Shown here piece after piece: positions 27,616 to 35,525 of a DNA stretch of 50,042 nucleotides. Source of the stretch: a virus (taxonomy: Duplodnaviria > Caudoviricetes). The position numbers and the translations under genes were made by a program. Positions within the stretch are counted from its first letter, which is position 1. Each line of letters starts with the position of its first letter. The stretch spans positions 1 to 50,042 of the IMG/VR virus record IMGVR_UViG_3300025133_000164; one strand, 5' to 3'. A model generated the notes under the pieces. The model was not told the DNA's origin and did no database searches. It saw nothing but the letters and a program-made list of their open reading frames with translations.

Positions 27616-28749
27616 ATGAGCAAGACCCCCGATGTGGTCAACGCATTCGCACTGGCCGTCCAGGCTGGCGTCGCACCCTACGCCGAAGGTGAGCCCGGCA
27701 CTGCCAAGTCGGCGCTGCACGAGGCCATCGCCCGGCAGCTGGGCTTCCACCTGGAGCCCGTGGTGGCGTCGTTGTTGTTCGATTCGTCGGACGTCAACGG
27801 CATCAACTACGTCACGCCGGACGGTGGCCTGGGCCACGTCATGGCCCCGTTCGTACAGTCCTGCATGGACGCCTCGGCGGAAGGGCTGGTGCCCTGGATG
27901 TTCTTCGACGAACTGCCCACCGCTGCGCAGGCGGTGCGCGCTGGCCTGCTGCGTGTCGTGGTGCAGAAGGACGTCAACGGCATGGCTCTGCCGGAGGAGA
28001 TTCGCTTCTCCGCTGCCGGCAACCCGCTGGAGCAGGGCGAGGGAGGCAGCCGCCTCTCCGCTGCGATGGCGAACCGCTTCTGCCACCTGGACTGGAGCCT
28101 GCCGGCGGAGTGGCGTGTCTCCCAGATGATGGCGGGCTACCCCGACCCGCCCGTCACCCTGGTGCCCGAGGGGTGGGAGGAGTGGCTGGAAGAGGCACGC
28201 CTCCTGTCGGGACAGTTCATCCTGTCTCCGGCGGGGAGCGACCACTTCCAGAAGTGCCCCAGGGAGCGCAAGCTCCAGTCCGGAGCGTGGCCGTCGGGTC
28301 GCTCGTGGGAGAACGCGAACCGCTGCGTCGCAGCGTGCGCCTCCACGGGGCTGCTCGGTTCCATCGTGGAGTCCCTCCTGCTGGAGGGCTGCGTCGGGTC
28401 GGCAGCTGCGCAGCAGTTCCTCTCCTGGCGCAGGGAGTTGGCGCTGCCCGACCCCGAAGACGTGCTGCGCAAGCCTCGCGGCTGGGCTGCCGACCGGGGT
28501 GACCGTGTGCTCGTGACCCTCTTCGGTGTGGTGCGCGCGGTGGCGACATCGAAGACGCAGGACCGCTACGACGCAGCGTTCCAGGCGTGCCTGTTCGCGG
28601 AGCAGCAGGGCTTCCTCGACGTCGCAGCCATGGCCGCCGGCAAGCTGTGCGCGCTCCGCTCCCAGAAGGGAGGGAACGTGCTGGTGGCGAAGCCCAAGAT
28701 GCTGACCCCCTTCGTGCCCTTCCTCCGGCAGGCCGGGTTCATCGGATGA
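27616..28749 (+). CDS. MoxR-like AAA+ ATPase (377 aa)
   Basis: Walker A GEPGTAKS, Walker B FFDE, sensor AAGNP, arginine finger ANRF, WPSGRSW motif. Confidence 0.9.
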   Translation: MSKTPDVVNAFALAVQAGVAPYAEGEPGTAKSALHEAIARQLGFHLEPVVASLLFDSSDVNGINYVTPDGGLGHVMAPFVQSCMDASAEGLVPWMFFDELPTAAQAVRAGLLRVVVQKDVNGMALPEEIRFSAAGNPLEQGEGGSRLSAAMANRFCHLDWSLPAEWRVSQMMAGYPDPPVTLVPEGWEEWLEEARLLSGQFILSPAGSDHFQKCPRERKLQSGAWPSGRSWENANRCVAACASTGLLGSIVESLLLEGCVGSAAAQQFLSWRRELALPDPEDVLRKPRGWAADRGDRVLVTLFGVVRAVATSKTQDRYDAAFQACLFAEQQGFLDVAAMAAGKLCALRSQKGGNVLVAKPKMLTPFVPFLRQAGFIG

Positions 28750-28881
28750 CGACCGTGGGTGTGACCATCGCCGTGGTGTGTGCCGGCTGCTTGCTGCTGG
28801 CCTGCTTCACGGACTGATGTAGTCGGAGAGGGACAGGTCCTTCGGGGTCTGTCCTTCTGGTCTGCAACAGGAGCAACCCCG

Positions 28882-29676
28882 ATGGGTGACAAGAGAGACT
28901 ACTTCCACCCCCCTGTGATGGGGCAGGTCAAGCACTGGACCATGGGTGTGGGCAAGCGCAAGCTTCGGCGTGCGCTGCGTCAGATGGACAAGCCCGACCA
29001 GCAATGGCGTGTCCGCTGCGAGGCTGGTGCCTGGGAGAAGCGCCTGTCCCACGGAGGTGCCCGAACCGTGAGTGCGTGGGTGACCGCCCTGAAGGAAGAC
29101 GGCACTGTCCAGGGGCAGAACCACACCATCACCCTGTGGCGTTCGGGCAAGCTGACCTCCTGCTGTGGCTTCGCCGGCCCTCGCTGTCGGGAGGTGCTGG
29201 GTGCGTGGCGTGCAACGCTGCACGCTGCCAGTTGGGACCGGAAGAAGGAAGCCGCTGCCCTCCCCAAGAAGATGCGGGAAGCAGCCCTCCTTCTCGGGGC
29301 CACACGCCCCAAGGGGCTGAAGGACCGGAGTGAACCGACCAGGAGTGAGGCTCTTTGGAACCAGCCCTACAACCTGGGAAGGTGGGCGCGGGCCAGGGGG
29401 CTGTTCGGCCGCGGCCCGTTGAGCAAGCGCCTGTTCATCGAGGTGGTACGGCACGGCATGTACCGGATGCCCGTCATGTTCTCCGACCTGTTCACGCGCT
29501 GCGGTGGGACGGTGGTGCGTGCTGACTGGAGTAACGGCGTCTGCCTCGTGGACCCGCTGGGATCTGGAGGGTCTGCGGGCTGGGTGTGGGCAGACATCGT
29601 GCCCGACGGTGAAGGCAGCCACATCATCGTGGTCCGGAAGCTGCCACCGGCAGGTGGTGCGGCGTTGAAGTTCTGA
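28882..29676 (+). CDS. Hypothetical basic protein (264 aa)
   Basis: AGGAG RBS before the ATG at 28882; lies between the AAA and vWA genes. Confidence 0.65.
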   Translation: MGDKRDYFHPPVMGQVKHWTMGVGKRKLRRALRQMDKPDQQWRVRCEAGAWEKRLSHGGARTVSAWVTALKEDGTVQGQNHTITLWRSGKLTSCCGFAGPRCREVLGAWRATLHAASWDRKKEAAALPKKMREAALLLGATRPKGLKDRSEPTRSEALWNQPYNLGRWARARGLFGRGPLSKRLFIEVVRHGMYRMPVMFSDLFTRCGGTVVRADWSNGVCLVDPLGSGGSAGWVWADIVPDGEGSHIIVVRKLPPAGGAALKF

Positions 29677-29750
29677 AGCTGGACAAGAGGGAAGCAGGTG
29701 GGGTGACCTGCCTGCTTCCTTCTGGCCCAACATCGGGAAGGAGAGGAAGA

Positions 29751-31268
29751 ATGTCCTTGCAGATCGATACCACCCAGCTGCGCCCGGCGAAGCCGTGGCC
29801 CACGGAGATGCAGGTCGCACGCATCCGAGCACAGAAGGTCTACCCGTTCTTGTCGGACTGGCTGTTCAGTGTGTCGCTCATCGTGTCGGAGCAGGTCGCG
29901 CTCCCTCGTGGAGAAGGCAAGCCGCCCCAGCCCACGATGGCGTGCGATGCGTACGGTCGGGTGTACGTGCACCCCAGCCTGCTGACGGGCGACGACGCCT
30001 GGGACCGGGACGTCCTGGGTGGTGTCCTGCTCCACGAGATCGGACACCTCGTCCGTGACCACGCCAAGCGTGGAGCGAAGGCAGTGTGGCAAGGAGTGCG
30101 CGTGCACCCCACCGTCTACAACATCGCCGCCGACGGCGAGATGAACACGGGCCTGGAGCGTGACGGTGCGAAGCTGCCGGATTGGGGCGTGTTCCCCGGA
30201 CGGATGGCACCGGACGGAGGGGAGACTCTCCTCTCCGATGCTGTTCCGGGGCTCCTGGCTGAGCAGTACGTCGACCACATCATGAAGAAGCTCCAGCAGC
30301 AGGTGCAGCAGGGTGGGGCGACGGGTGACTCCGACGATCCCAACGCCGTGCCCGTGCCCATGCCGGGGGGGTCGGGTGGCGGCGCTTCCTGCCCGAAGGG
30401 TGAGGGTGCGAGCGGAGGTGAGTGCGGCTCCGGGGGTGGCGGTGAGAAGCAGCCGTGGGAACTGGACGCGCCGGGGCAGGGCTCATCTGATGGTGAGTCA
30501 GACTCATCTGATAGTGAGCCTGGGGGTTCGTCGGAGCAGGGTCGTCAGTCCCTGCGCGACCAGCTGAAGAGCCAGCAGGACCCGACGGGTGGGATGTCCG
30601 AACAGGAGATGGACACCCTGCGCAGGGTGACGGCGGGCAAGGTCCAGCAGTGGGCGAAGGGTCGCGGCCACGGTGCCGGTAGCTGGTCCATGTGGGCTGA
30701 CTCCGTGCTGGAGGAGCCCCCCGTCTCGCCGGAGGAACTGCTGCGCGACGCGCTGAACCAGGCCAGGGAGTGGGCGTCGGGTCGGGGTGACTTCACCTTC
30801 GGACGCATGCCCCACCGGCGCAGGGTGGTGGGCGGTGGTGGCATCGTGCCCCCCGGTGTCGTGCGCCCCGTGCCCCGTGTCATCCTGATGGTAGACACGT
30901 CCGGTTCCATGGGTGGCGACGGGCCGCAGGTGCTGGGCTGGGTCGATGCCTTCTGCCGTGAGTCGGCGACCCCCGTGGAGATCTTCTGCGTGGACTACGA
31001 CGTGAAGAGCACGGGTATGCAGAACGTGTCGGACGTGAGCGATGTCCAGTGGACGGGCGGCGGTGGCACCGACATGCGGGTGGGGTTCCAGTACCTGATG
31101 AAGACGGGGAACATCCCCGATGTCCTCGTGGTGGTGACCGACGGCTACACCCCGTGGCCCGCACGGGAGCCCGGCTTCCGCACGGTCATCGCCCTGACCC
31201 AGGACAGCGGCTCCCACTACAAGCCCCCCTCGTGGGCGGACGTGGTGGAGTGCAAGGAGAAGGTGTGA
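29751..31268 (+). CDS. Zincin-like metallopeptidase + vWA protein (DUF2201 type, 505 aa)
   Basis: HEIGH, YNIAADGEMN, G/S/D/E linker, MIDAS DTSGS, GGGGTDM and VTDG motifs. Confidence 0.9.
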   Translation: MSLQIDTTQLRPAKPWPTEMQVARIRAQKVYPFLSDWLFSVSLIVSEQVALPRGEGKPPQPTMACDAYGRVYVHPSLLTGDDAWDRDVLGGVLLHEIGHLVRDHAKRGAKAVWQGVRVHPTVYNIAADGEMNTGLERDGAKLPDWGVFPGRMAPDGGETLLSDAVPGLLAEQYVDHIMKKLQQQVQQGGATGDSDDPNAVPVPMPGGSGGGASCPKGEGASGGECGSGGGGEKQPWELDAPGQGSSDGESDSSDSEPGGSSEQGRQSLRDQLKSQQDPTGGMSEQEMDTLRRVTAGKVQQWAKGRGHGAGSWSMWADSVLEEPPVSPEELLRDALNQAREWASGRGDFTFGRMPHRRRVVGGGGIVPPGVVRPVPRVILMVDTSGSMGGDGPQVLGWVDAFCRESATPVEIFCVDYDVKSTGMQNVSDVSDVQWTGGGGTDMRVGFQYLMKTGNIPDVLVVVTDGYTPWPAREPGFRTVIALTQDSGSHYKPPSWADVVECKEKV

Positions 31269-31525
31269 GTACCAAGCCCGAGGTCATCCTGCTGTCCCGC
31301 AACTACAGCTGGGTGGTGGAGTGGAGCTGGCCGGGGCTCCGGTGGGTGTTCTCCGGCGCTTCCTTCCGGGAGCCTACTCTGGAGGAGAAGGTCCGGCTTC
31401 CCTCCCACCCCGGCCGACCTAAGGGTGTGGACAGGACGGCGTGGAGTATCGAAGTCCTGCGCCAGCACGGGTGGGAAGCCGAAGCAACGGAAGCCGCGCT
31501 CCTCCTCCTGAACAACAGCCTGTGA
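31265..31525 (+). CDS. Hypothetical protein (86 aa)
   Basis: GTGA overlap with the vWA gene; AAGGAG upstream. Confidence 0.55.
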   Translation: MSTKPEVILLSRNYSWVVEWSWPGLRWVFSGASFREPTLEEKVRLPSHPGRPKGVDRTAWSIEVLRQHGWEAEATEAALLLLNNSL

Positions 31526-31604
31526 CGACTCAGCCCTGTCCGTCTGCCACCTCCCTTCCTTTCTGGGTGGACGGGCAGGGCTTCGCCGCTACAAGGATGC
31601 ACTG

Positions 31605-31910
31605 ATGCTTCATCGTGGACCCCCCCACTTCTACGTCGTGCTCGACTTCCGGGACGATGACATGCGCTCCAACGCCCACGCCTACGTGTGCTGGGGCCTG
31701 ACCTTCGAAGAGACAGGCGGCTACGGTGGCGGCACCGATGCCTGGATGGTGGACGACGCCAAGCTGGAGTCGGTCCCCAAGCTGGGAGAGGCTGGCTTCT
31801 GGATGGGCGAGGAGCCGGAACGTGAGTGGTGGGATCGGGAGATCCAGCCACTGCTGACGGAAGAGAAGAAGGTGGAGCTGGCCTTGCAGCTGCTGGGGAG
31901 GCTGACGTGA
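31605..31910 (+). CDS. Hypothetical protein (101 aa)
   Basis: AAGGA RBS after a hairpin; good codon bias. Confidence 0.65.
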   Translation: MLHRGPPHFYVVLDFRDDDMRSNAHAYVCWGLTFEETGGYGGGTDAWMVDDAKLESVPKLGEAGFWMGEEPEREWWDREIQPLLTEEKKVELALQLLGRLT

Positions 31911-32281
31911 GCTTCAAGTACAACCCACAGGACTGCGCCATCGTCGTCCGTCGAGACCTGAAGTGGAGCCCCGCCAACACGTACGCCGTGACCGTCAGCC
32001 GCTGGGCATGGAAGAGGCCGGGGTATAGCAGACCCGGCTGGCTCCTGTGCGGCCCTTCGATCGAGGCCAAGACCATCACCGAAGCCCGCGTGCTCGCGGC
32101 ACGTATGGCTACGACGTACTCCCTCCCGAAGCTGAGGACCATGATCCCTCCCCGGAAGGAGATGGAGATCAGGCAGCGGCTGGGCGGCCCCCTATTCCCC
32201 TCGTGGTTCGAACAGCTGGACTGGGAGCACAAGCTCATCGAGTACCAGCTGATGCAGCTGGTGGAGGGCCTGGATGTCTGA
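31907..32281 (+). CDS. Hypothetical protein (124 aa)
   Basis: GGAGG RBS and GTGA overlap. Confidence 0.65.
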   Translation: MSFKYNPQDCAIVVRRDLKWSPANTYAVTVSRWAWKRPGYSRPGWLLCGPSIEAKTITEARVLAARMATTYSLPKLRTMIPPRKEMEIRQRLGGPLFPSWFEQLDWEHKLIEYQLMQLVEGLDV

Positions 32282-32314
32282 CAGGTACAAGACTACTTGA
32301 AAGGAGAGAAGAAG

Positions 32315-33178
32315 ATGCAAGACAAGAAGACGCTTCAAGTCACCGGTGCCGTGACCCTCTGGTCGCTGTCCGCCTACACGGCGTACGGCCCCATCGCCCA
32401 AGCCTGGTCCGACCTGGGACTGGAGAGGCTGGTGCCTCGCAGGTCGACGCTGACCGACGCAGTGTCGTGGGCACTGCGCTCGTCCTTCTCGGAGCAGCGC
32501 TTCCTCGTCCGCGCCCTGCCCGGTGGGTGGAGTGTGCAGGAGGAGCAGGTCATCGACGGTGGGCTGGAGTACCGCGAGGTGTGCCGGGTCAAGCTCGATG
32601 CCCGGACCACGGTGGAGACGGACTACTTCACGCTGGGCTCCGGCGCTGACGAGAGCACCATCGAGCGTGTCGTCAAGACGGTGACCTTGGCTACCCGGGC
32701 GCTGGGCTCCGTCCCCCGGAAGCATGTGACGGCTGCGCTCGTGTCGCTGGTCCGCTCGTGCGGCGGCATCCCTCTCCGTGACCGGGGTGGCGTCTACTAC
32801 ATGCCCGAGTGGGGCATGGAGAAGTGGGAGAAGGCAGCAGCTGCCGTCGAGAAGGCAGCCATGACGGGGAGCAACTCCATCTACCTGCTCCGTGTGAAGA
32901 AGGACGCCGACGGTGCGCGTGCCATCATCGCAGCGCTGACCTCCGAGGTGTACTCCGAGATCAGCACCATGCGACAGGAGATCGAGGCCAAGGGACTGAG
33001 CGGCAGCGCGCTCACCCGACGCCAGTCCAAGGCACGGCGCGTGCTCTCCAAGGTGGAGAACTACGAGGAACTGCTGGGCTCGGAGATGGATCTGCTGCGC
33101 GCAGCGTGCGCCGAGGTCGAGCCCGACGCTGCGGCGGAAGCCCTGACCGAACTGGGTTCCCTGTTCGGCGACCTCTGA
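32315..33178 (+). CDS. DUF6744/DUF3150-like protein (287 aa)
   Basis: G.VTLWSLS N-terminus, LR.RGGVYYMP motif and helical C-terminus with YEELLG; this family is often found beside AAA/vWA pairs. Confidence 0.65.
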   Translation: MQDKKTLQVTGAVTLWSLSAYTAYGPIAQAWSDLGLERLVPRRSTLTDAVSWALRSSFSEQRFLVRALPGGWSVQEEQVIDGGLEYREVCRVKLDARTTVETDYFTLGSGADESTIERVVKTVTLATRALGSVPRKHVTAALVSLVRSCGGIPLRDRGGVYYMPEWGMEKWEKAAAAVEKAAMTGSNSIYLLRVKKDADGARAIIAALTSEVYSEISTMRQEIEAKGLSGSALTRRQSKARRVLSKVENYEELLGSEMDLLRAACAEVEPDAAAEALTELGSLFGDL

Positions 33179-33352
33179 TGGGCCTGCGGCAGGGGAGGGC
33201 TGGCGCGTGCATCCTCGACACGCCTGAGGATCCGTACTTCAAACAGCGAACGCTGACCTTGGAGCTGTGATGAAGATCGTACGGCACCGATCCGACCGCC
33301 GACGTAAGGAAGCGGATCGTAAGCGGCGCGCCGAAGAGGCCAGCTGATAGTG

Positions 33353-33886
33353 GTCAGTCGGTAGGACCCCTGAAATTGAGTGACTTCCATATCGCGCAAG
33401 CCCTTGGAATCATTCAGTAGTAGGTCACCGCGACCCACTACCATGTGGGTCCTACCGAGTAGCAACCATCTGCTGTCAACAGACTACTAATGATCCCGGG
33501 CCGACCCGTAACCCCCCGGAATCATTCACATCCCGCACCAACCCGCTATCGTCAAGCTGCCGCACCCTCCCCATTAAAAAAGAAACCATATTACTATGGT
33601 ACTACCATATAGGATAGTAGTGGGGTGGTGGCACCTGATTACAGGTACTTAGCTATGGTAGTGGGTAGGTATGATTGTTTCCCTGGTGAGGAGAATGGGG
33701 TTCAAGGGGTTGGTAGGGGAGGGGTCGGCCGGCAATGATTCCAGGTACTTACGGCGACGCCGGTAGGACTTGGTTGCATTCGGTTGTTAGTCGGTAGCAC
33801 CCACTTGGTGGGGGGATGCTGGGGGGTAGTCCTGAATGATTCTAAGGGGTTAGGGTTAGGCAAAGTCGGGGGTCCTACCGACTGAC
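33353..33886. repeat. Putative replication origin: 18-bp terminal inverted repeats enclosing oppositely oriented 19-bp motifs and an AT-rich core
   Basis: gtcagtcggtaggacccc (33353-33370) and ggggtcctaccgactgac (33869-33886). YAAS-N-CYYGGAATCATT-like motifs at 33397 and 33509 (+), 33633, 33733 and 33834 (-). AT-rich core ~33573-33620. Non-coding and upstream of the primase cluster. Confidence 0.65.
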
Positions 33887-33927
33887 TATTGACTTGCCAA
33901 TGATGATCCACTCCCCAAACAACCTAC

Positions 33928-33956
33928 TTGCATCTGTCCGATGATAGTGATATGGT
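33928..33956 (+). promoter_or_regulatory. Sigma-70-type promoter of the replication operon
   Basis: TTGCAT-17 nt-TATGGT with an extended TG. Confidence 0.6.
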
Positions 33957-34004
33957 AGGAGAGTAAGCCGGCCGACCTCCCGGCCCGGCCGACCGGAGAT
34001 CCGC

Positions 34005-34463
34005 ATGTCCGAAGCCCCGCTGACCACCGACCCGACGGCGCTGCTGCGCTACCTGCACGAGCAGATGGGACTCACCCGCCCAGAGCAGACCATGGACCAG
34101 ACACTGGTCGCAGCGCTCCGCTGCTACGCAGCAGTCCTGGGTGTCCACCACGAGTACGAACCTCTCGCGGACCCGATGCACCCCGAGCACCGGGACATCG
34201 AACAGGTCCTGATGCAGGCATCCGACCTTGCTGCCATGGGTCCTTTCATGCTGGACGAACTGATGGCTGCAACGTGGCCTGTCCAGATCTTCGTGGCACC
34301 CAAGGTGATCAAGAACCGAATTGCCCGGTGGCTGCGAGCCGCTGGCTACACGTCCAAGCAACGAGAGATCGGCGGTCAGCGGTCCATCTACTGGGACCGG
34401 GCCCTTCCCGGCAAGCTCATGCGCCAGTCAGCAGCCCGCTACCGTGCGCTTCAGGAGGAGTAG
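34005..34463 (+). CDS. Putative winged-helix DNA-binding protein (152 aa)
   Basis: GGAG RBS. RIARWLRAAGY..KQREIGG.R..YW resembles the C-terminal wHTH of phage primase/VapE-type proteins. Confidence 0.55.
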   Translation: MSEAPLTTDPTALLRYLHEQMGLTRPEQTMDQTLVAALRCYAAVLGVHHEYEPLADPMHPEHRDIEQVLMQASDLAAMGPFMLDELMAATWPVQIFVAPKVIKNRIARWLRAAGYTSKQREIGGQRSIYWDRALPGKLMRQSAARYRALQEE

Positions 34464-34670
34464 GTGTCTGACATGAAACCCGTGCTCGACTTCTCCAAGC
34501 CCATCCGTGCTGGCGAACAGCAGCCCGCCGATGCGCTCGCCGACATCCGGAAGGAAGCTCTCCGCTACGAGGTACGCAAGCTGCGCGCCCGACTGGAGAA
34601 GCTGAAGGACCTGAGCCAGAAGATGCAGTCCATCTTGGACGAGGTCATCGATGAGCTGGAGTCAGGCTGA
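34464..34670 (+). CDS. Small coiled-coil protein (68 aa)
   Basis: AGGAGG RBS; heptad pattern. Confidence 0.65.
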   Translation: MSDMKPVLDFSKPIRAGEQQPADALADIRKEALRYEVRKLRARLEKLKDLSQKMQSILDEVIDELESG

Positions 34671-35071
34671 TGCAGCCCTGGGAGCAGGAGCCCGACCAGC
34701 TGGAGTGGGAGCACCTGGGGCTGAAGTGCCTCATCCTGCGGCACCCTACGATGCGCCACCTCTGCGGCTACGTCCGGATCCCGATGTCCAACCCGATGTC
34801 CAACCCCGGAGAGGAAGCCTGCTGGGACCTGGATGTCCACGGGGGGATCACCTGGAGTGGCAGCGGTCGTCCGCCCCGGGGTGACAGGAGCCTCGACTAC
34901 TGGTGGCTGGGCTTTGACTGCGGTCACGCAGGGGACTGGACGCCGGGACTGAAGGACTTCATCAAGAAGCTGCGGATCCCTCACGACGGCACCTACCGGA
35001 CGCTCGACTACGTGAAGAACGAATGCGAACGGCTGGCAGAGCAGCTGGCCTTTGGAGTAGGGGATGGATGA
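34670..35071 (+). CDS. Conserved phage hypothetical protein (133 aa)
   Basis: HLCGYV, LDVHGGIT and WWLGFDCGHAGD motifs of a widespread uncharacterised phage family. Confidence 0.75.
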   Translation: MQPWEQEPDQLEWEHLGLKCLILRHPTMRHLCGYVRIPMSNPMSNPGEEACWDLDVHGGITWSGSGRPPRGDRSLDYWWLGFDCGHAGDWTPGLKDFIKKLRIPHDGTYRTLDYVKNECERLAEQLAFGVGDG

Positions 35072-35414
35072 CAAGCCAGTGTGGCGTACGGTGCGCGAGG
35101 TCCTGCTGGCCCGCCCAGCTGTGACAGTAGAAGAAGCCCTGGTCAGTCTGGTCGAGCCCAAGGTGGAGGCCGCCCTCGCCCACTGGAACGTCGAGGTCGT
35201 CGGCCCCACATCTTGGTCGGGGCCGCGCCTGGCGGTGATGGTGCGGCTGGTCGTAGACGGCGTTCCTTTGGAACGTACCCTTACGCGATTCTACCGGCCG
35301 ACTCAGAGCAGCCGAGCCCACCTTGTTCACGCTGAGCGCTCCGTCTCCTTGGAGATTACCGGAGCCGACGGCTTGGCGATCCGCTCTGCCCTCAGCATCG
35401 ACAACGTTCGGTGA
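35064..35414 (+). CDS. Hypothetical protein (116 aa)
   Basis: Overlaps the previous stop; GGAG upstream. Confidence 0.55.
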   Translation: MDDKPVWRTVREVLLARPAVTVEEALVSLVEPKVEAALAHWNVEVVGPTSWSGPRLAVMVRLVVDGVPLERTLTRFYRPTQSSRAHLVHAERSVSLEITGADGLAIRSALSIDNVR

Positions 35415-35525
35415 CGGGGAAGCCTGTTCACCCGCACACCCGTTCAGCTACCGCCACCATGCCCGGTGCGGTACTCTGCTAAGACTCGCCCTGCTTCAAG
35501 GGCTCGACGAGAGGCACTCTCTTCC

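Larger units (their letters stand above)
25836..29728 (+). repeat. Family of long intergenic hairpins (25836-25886, 26732-26785, 27511-27550, 28818-28866, 29680-29728)
   Basis: Each starts just after a stop codon with a purine-rich arm, and ends with a pyrimidine-rich arm plus GCCT/GTCT/GGCC. None has a U-tract. Confidence 0.7.

Noticed and set aside
25440-29730. Regularly recurring intergenic elements as a CRISPR array or integron attC cassettes
   Set aside because: Primary sequences are not identical repeats, spacers are whole genes, I saw no consistent RYYYAAC/GTTRRRY ends, and no integrase or cas1 is present.
31589-31600. CsrA/RsmA-like site (TACAAGGATG)
   Set aside because: Single occurrence that coincides with the Shine-Dalgarno sequence, so it is expected by chance.
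33845-33860. Telomere-like ggggttagggttagg
   Set aside because: Only about two units and part of the G-rich arm of the origin-like element; no independent significance.
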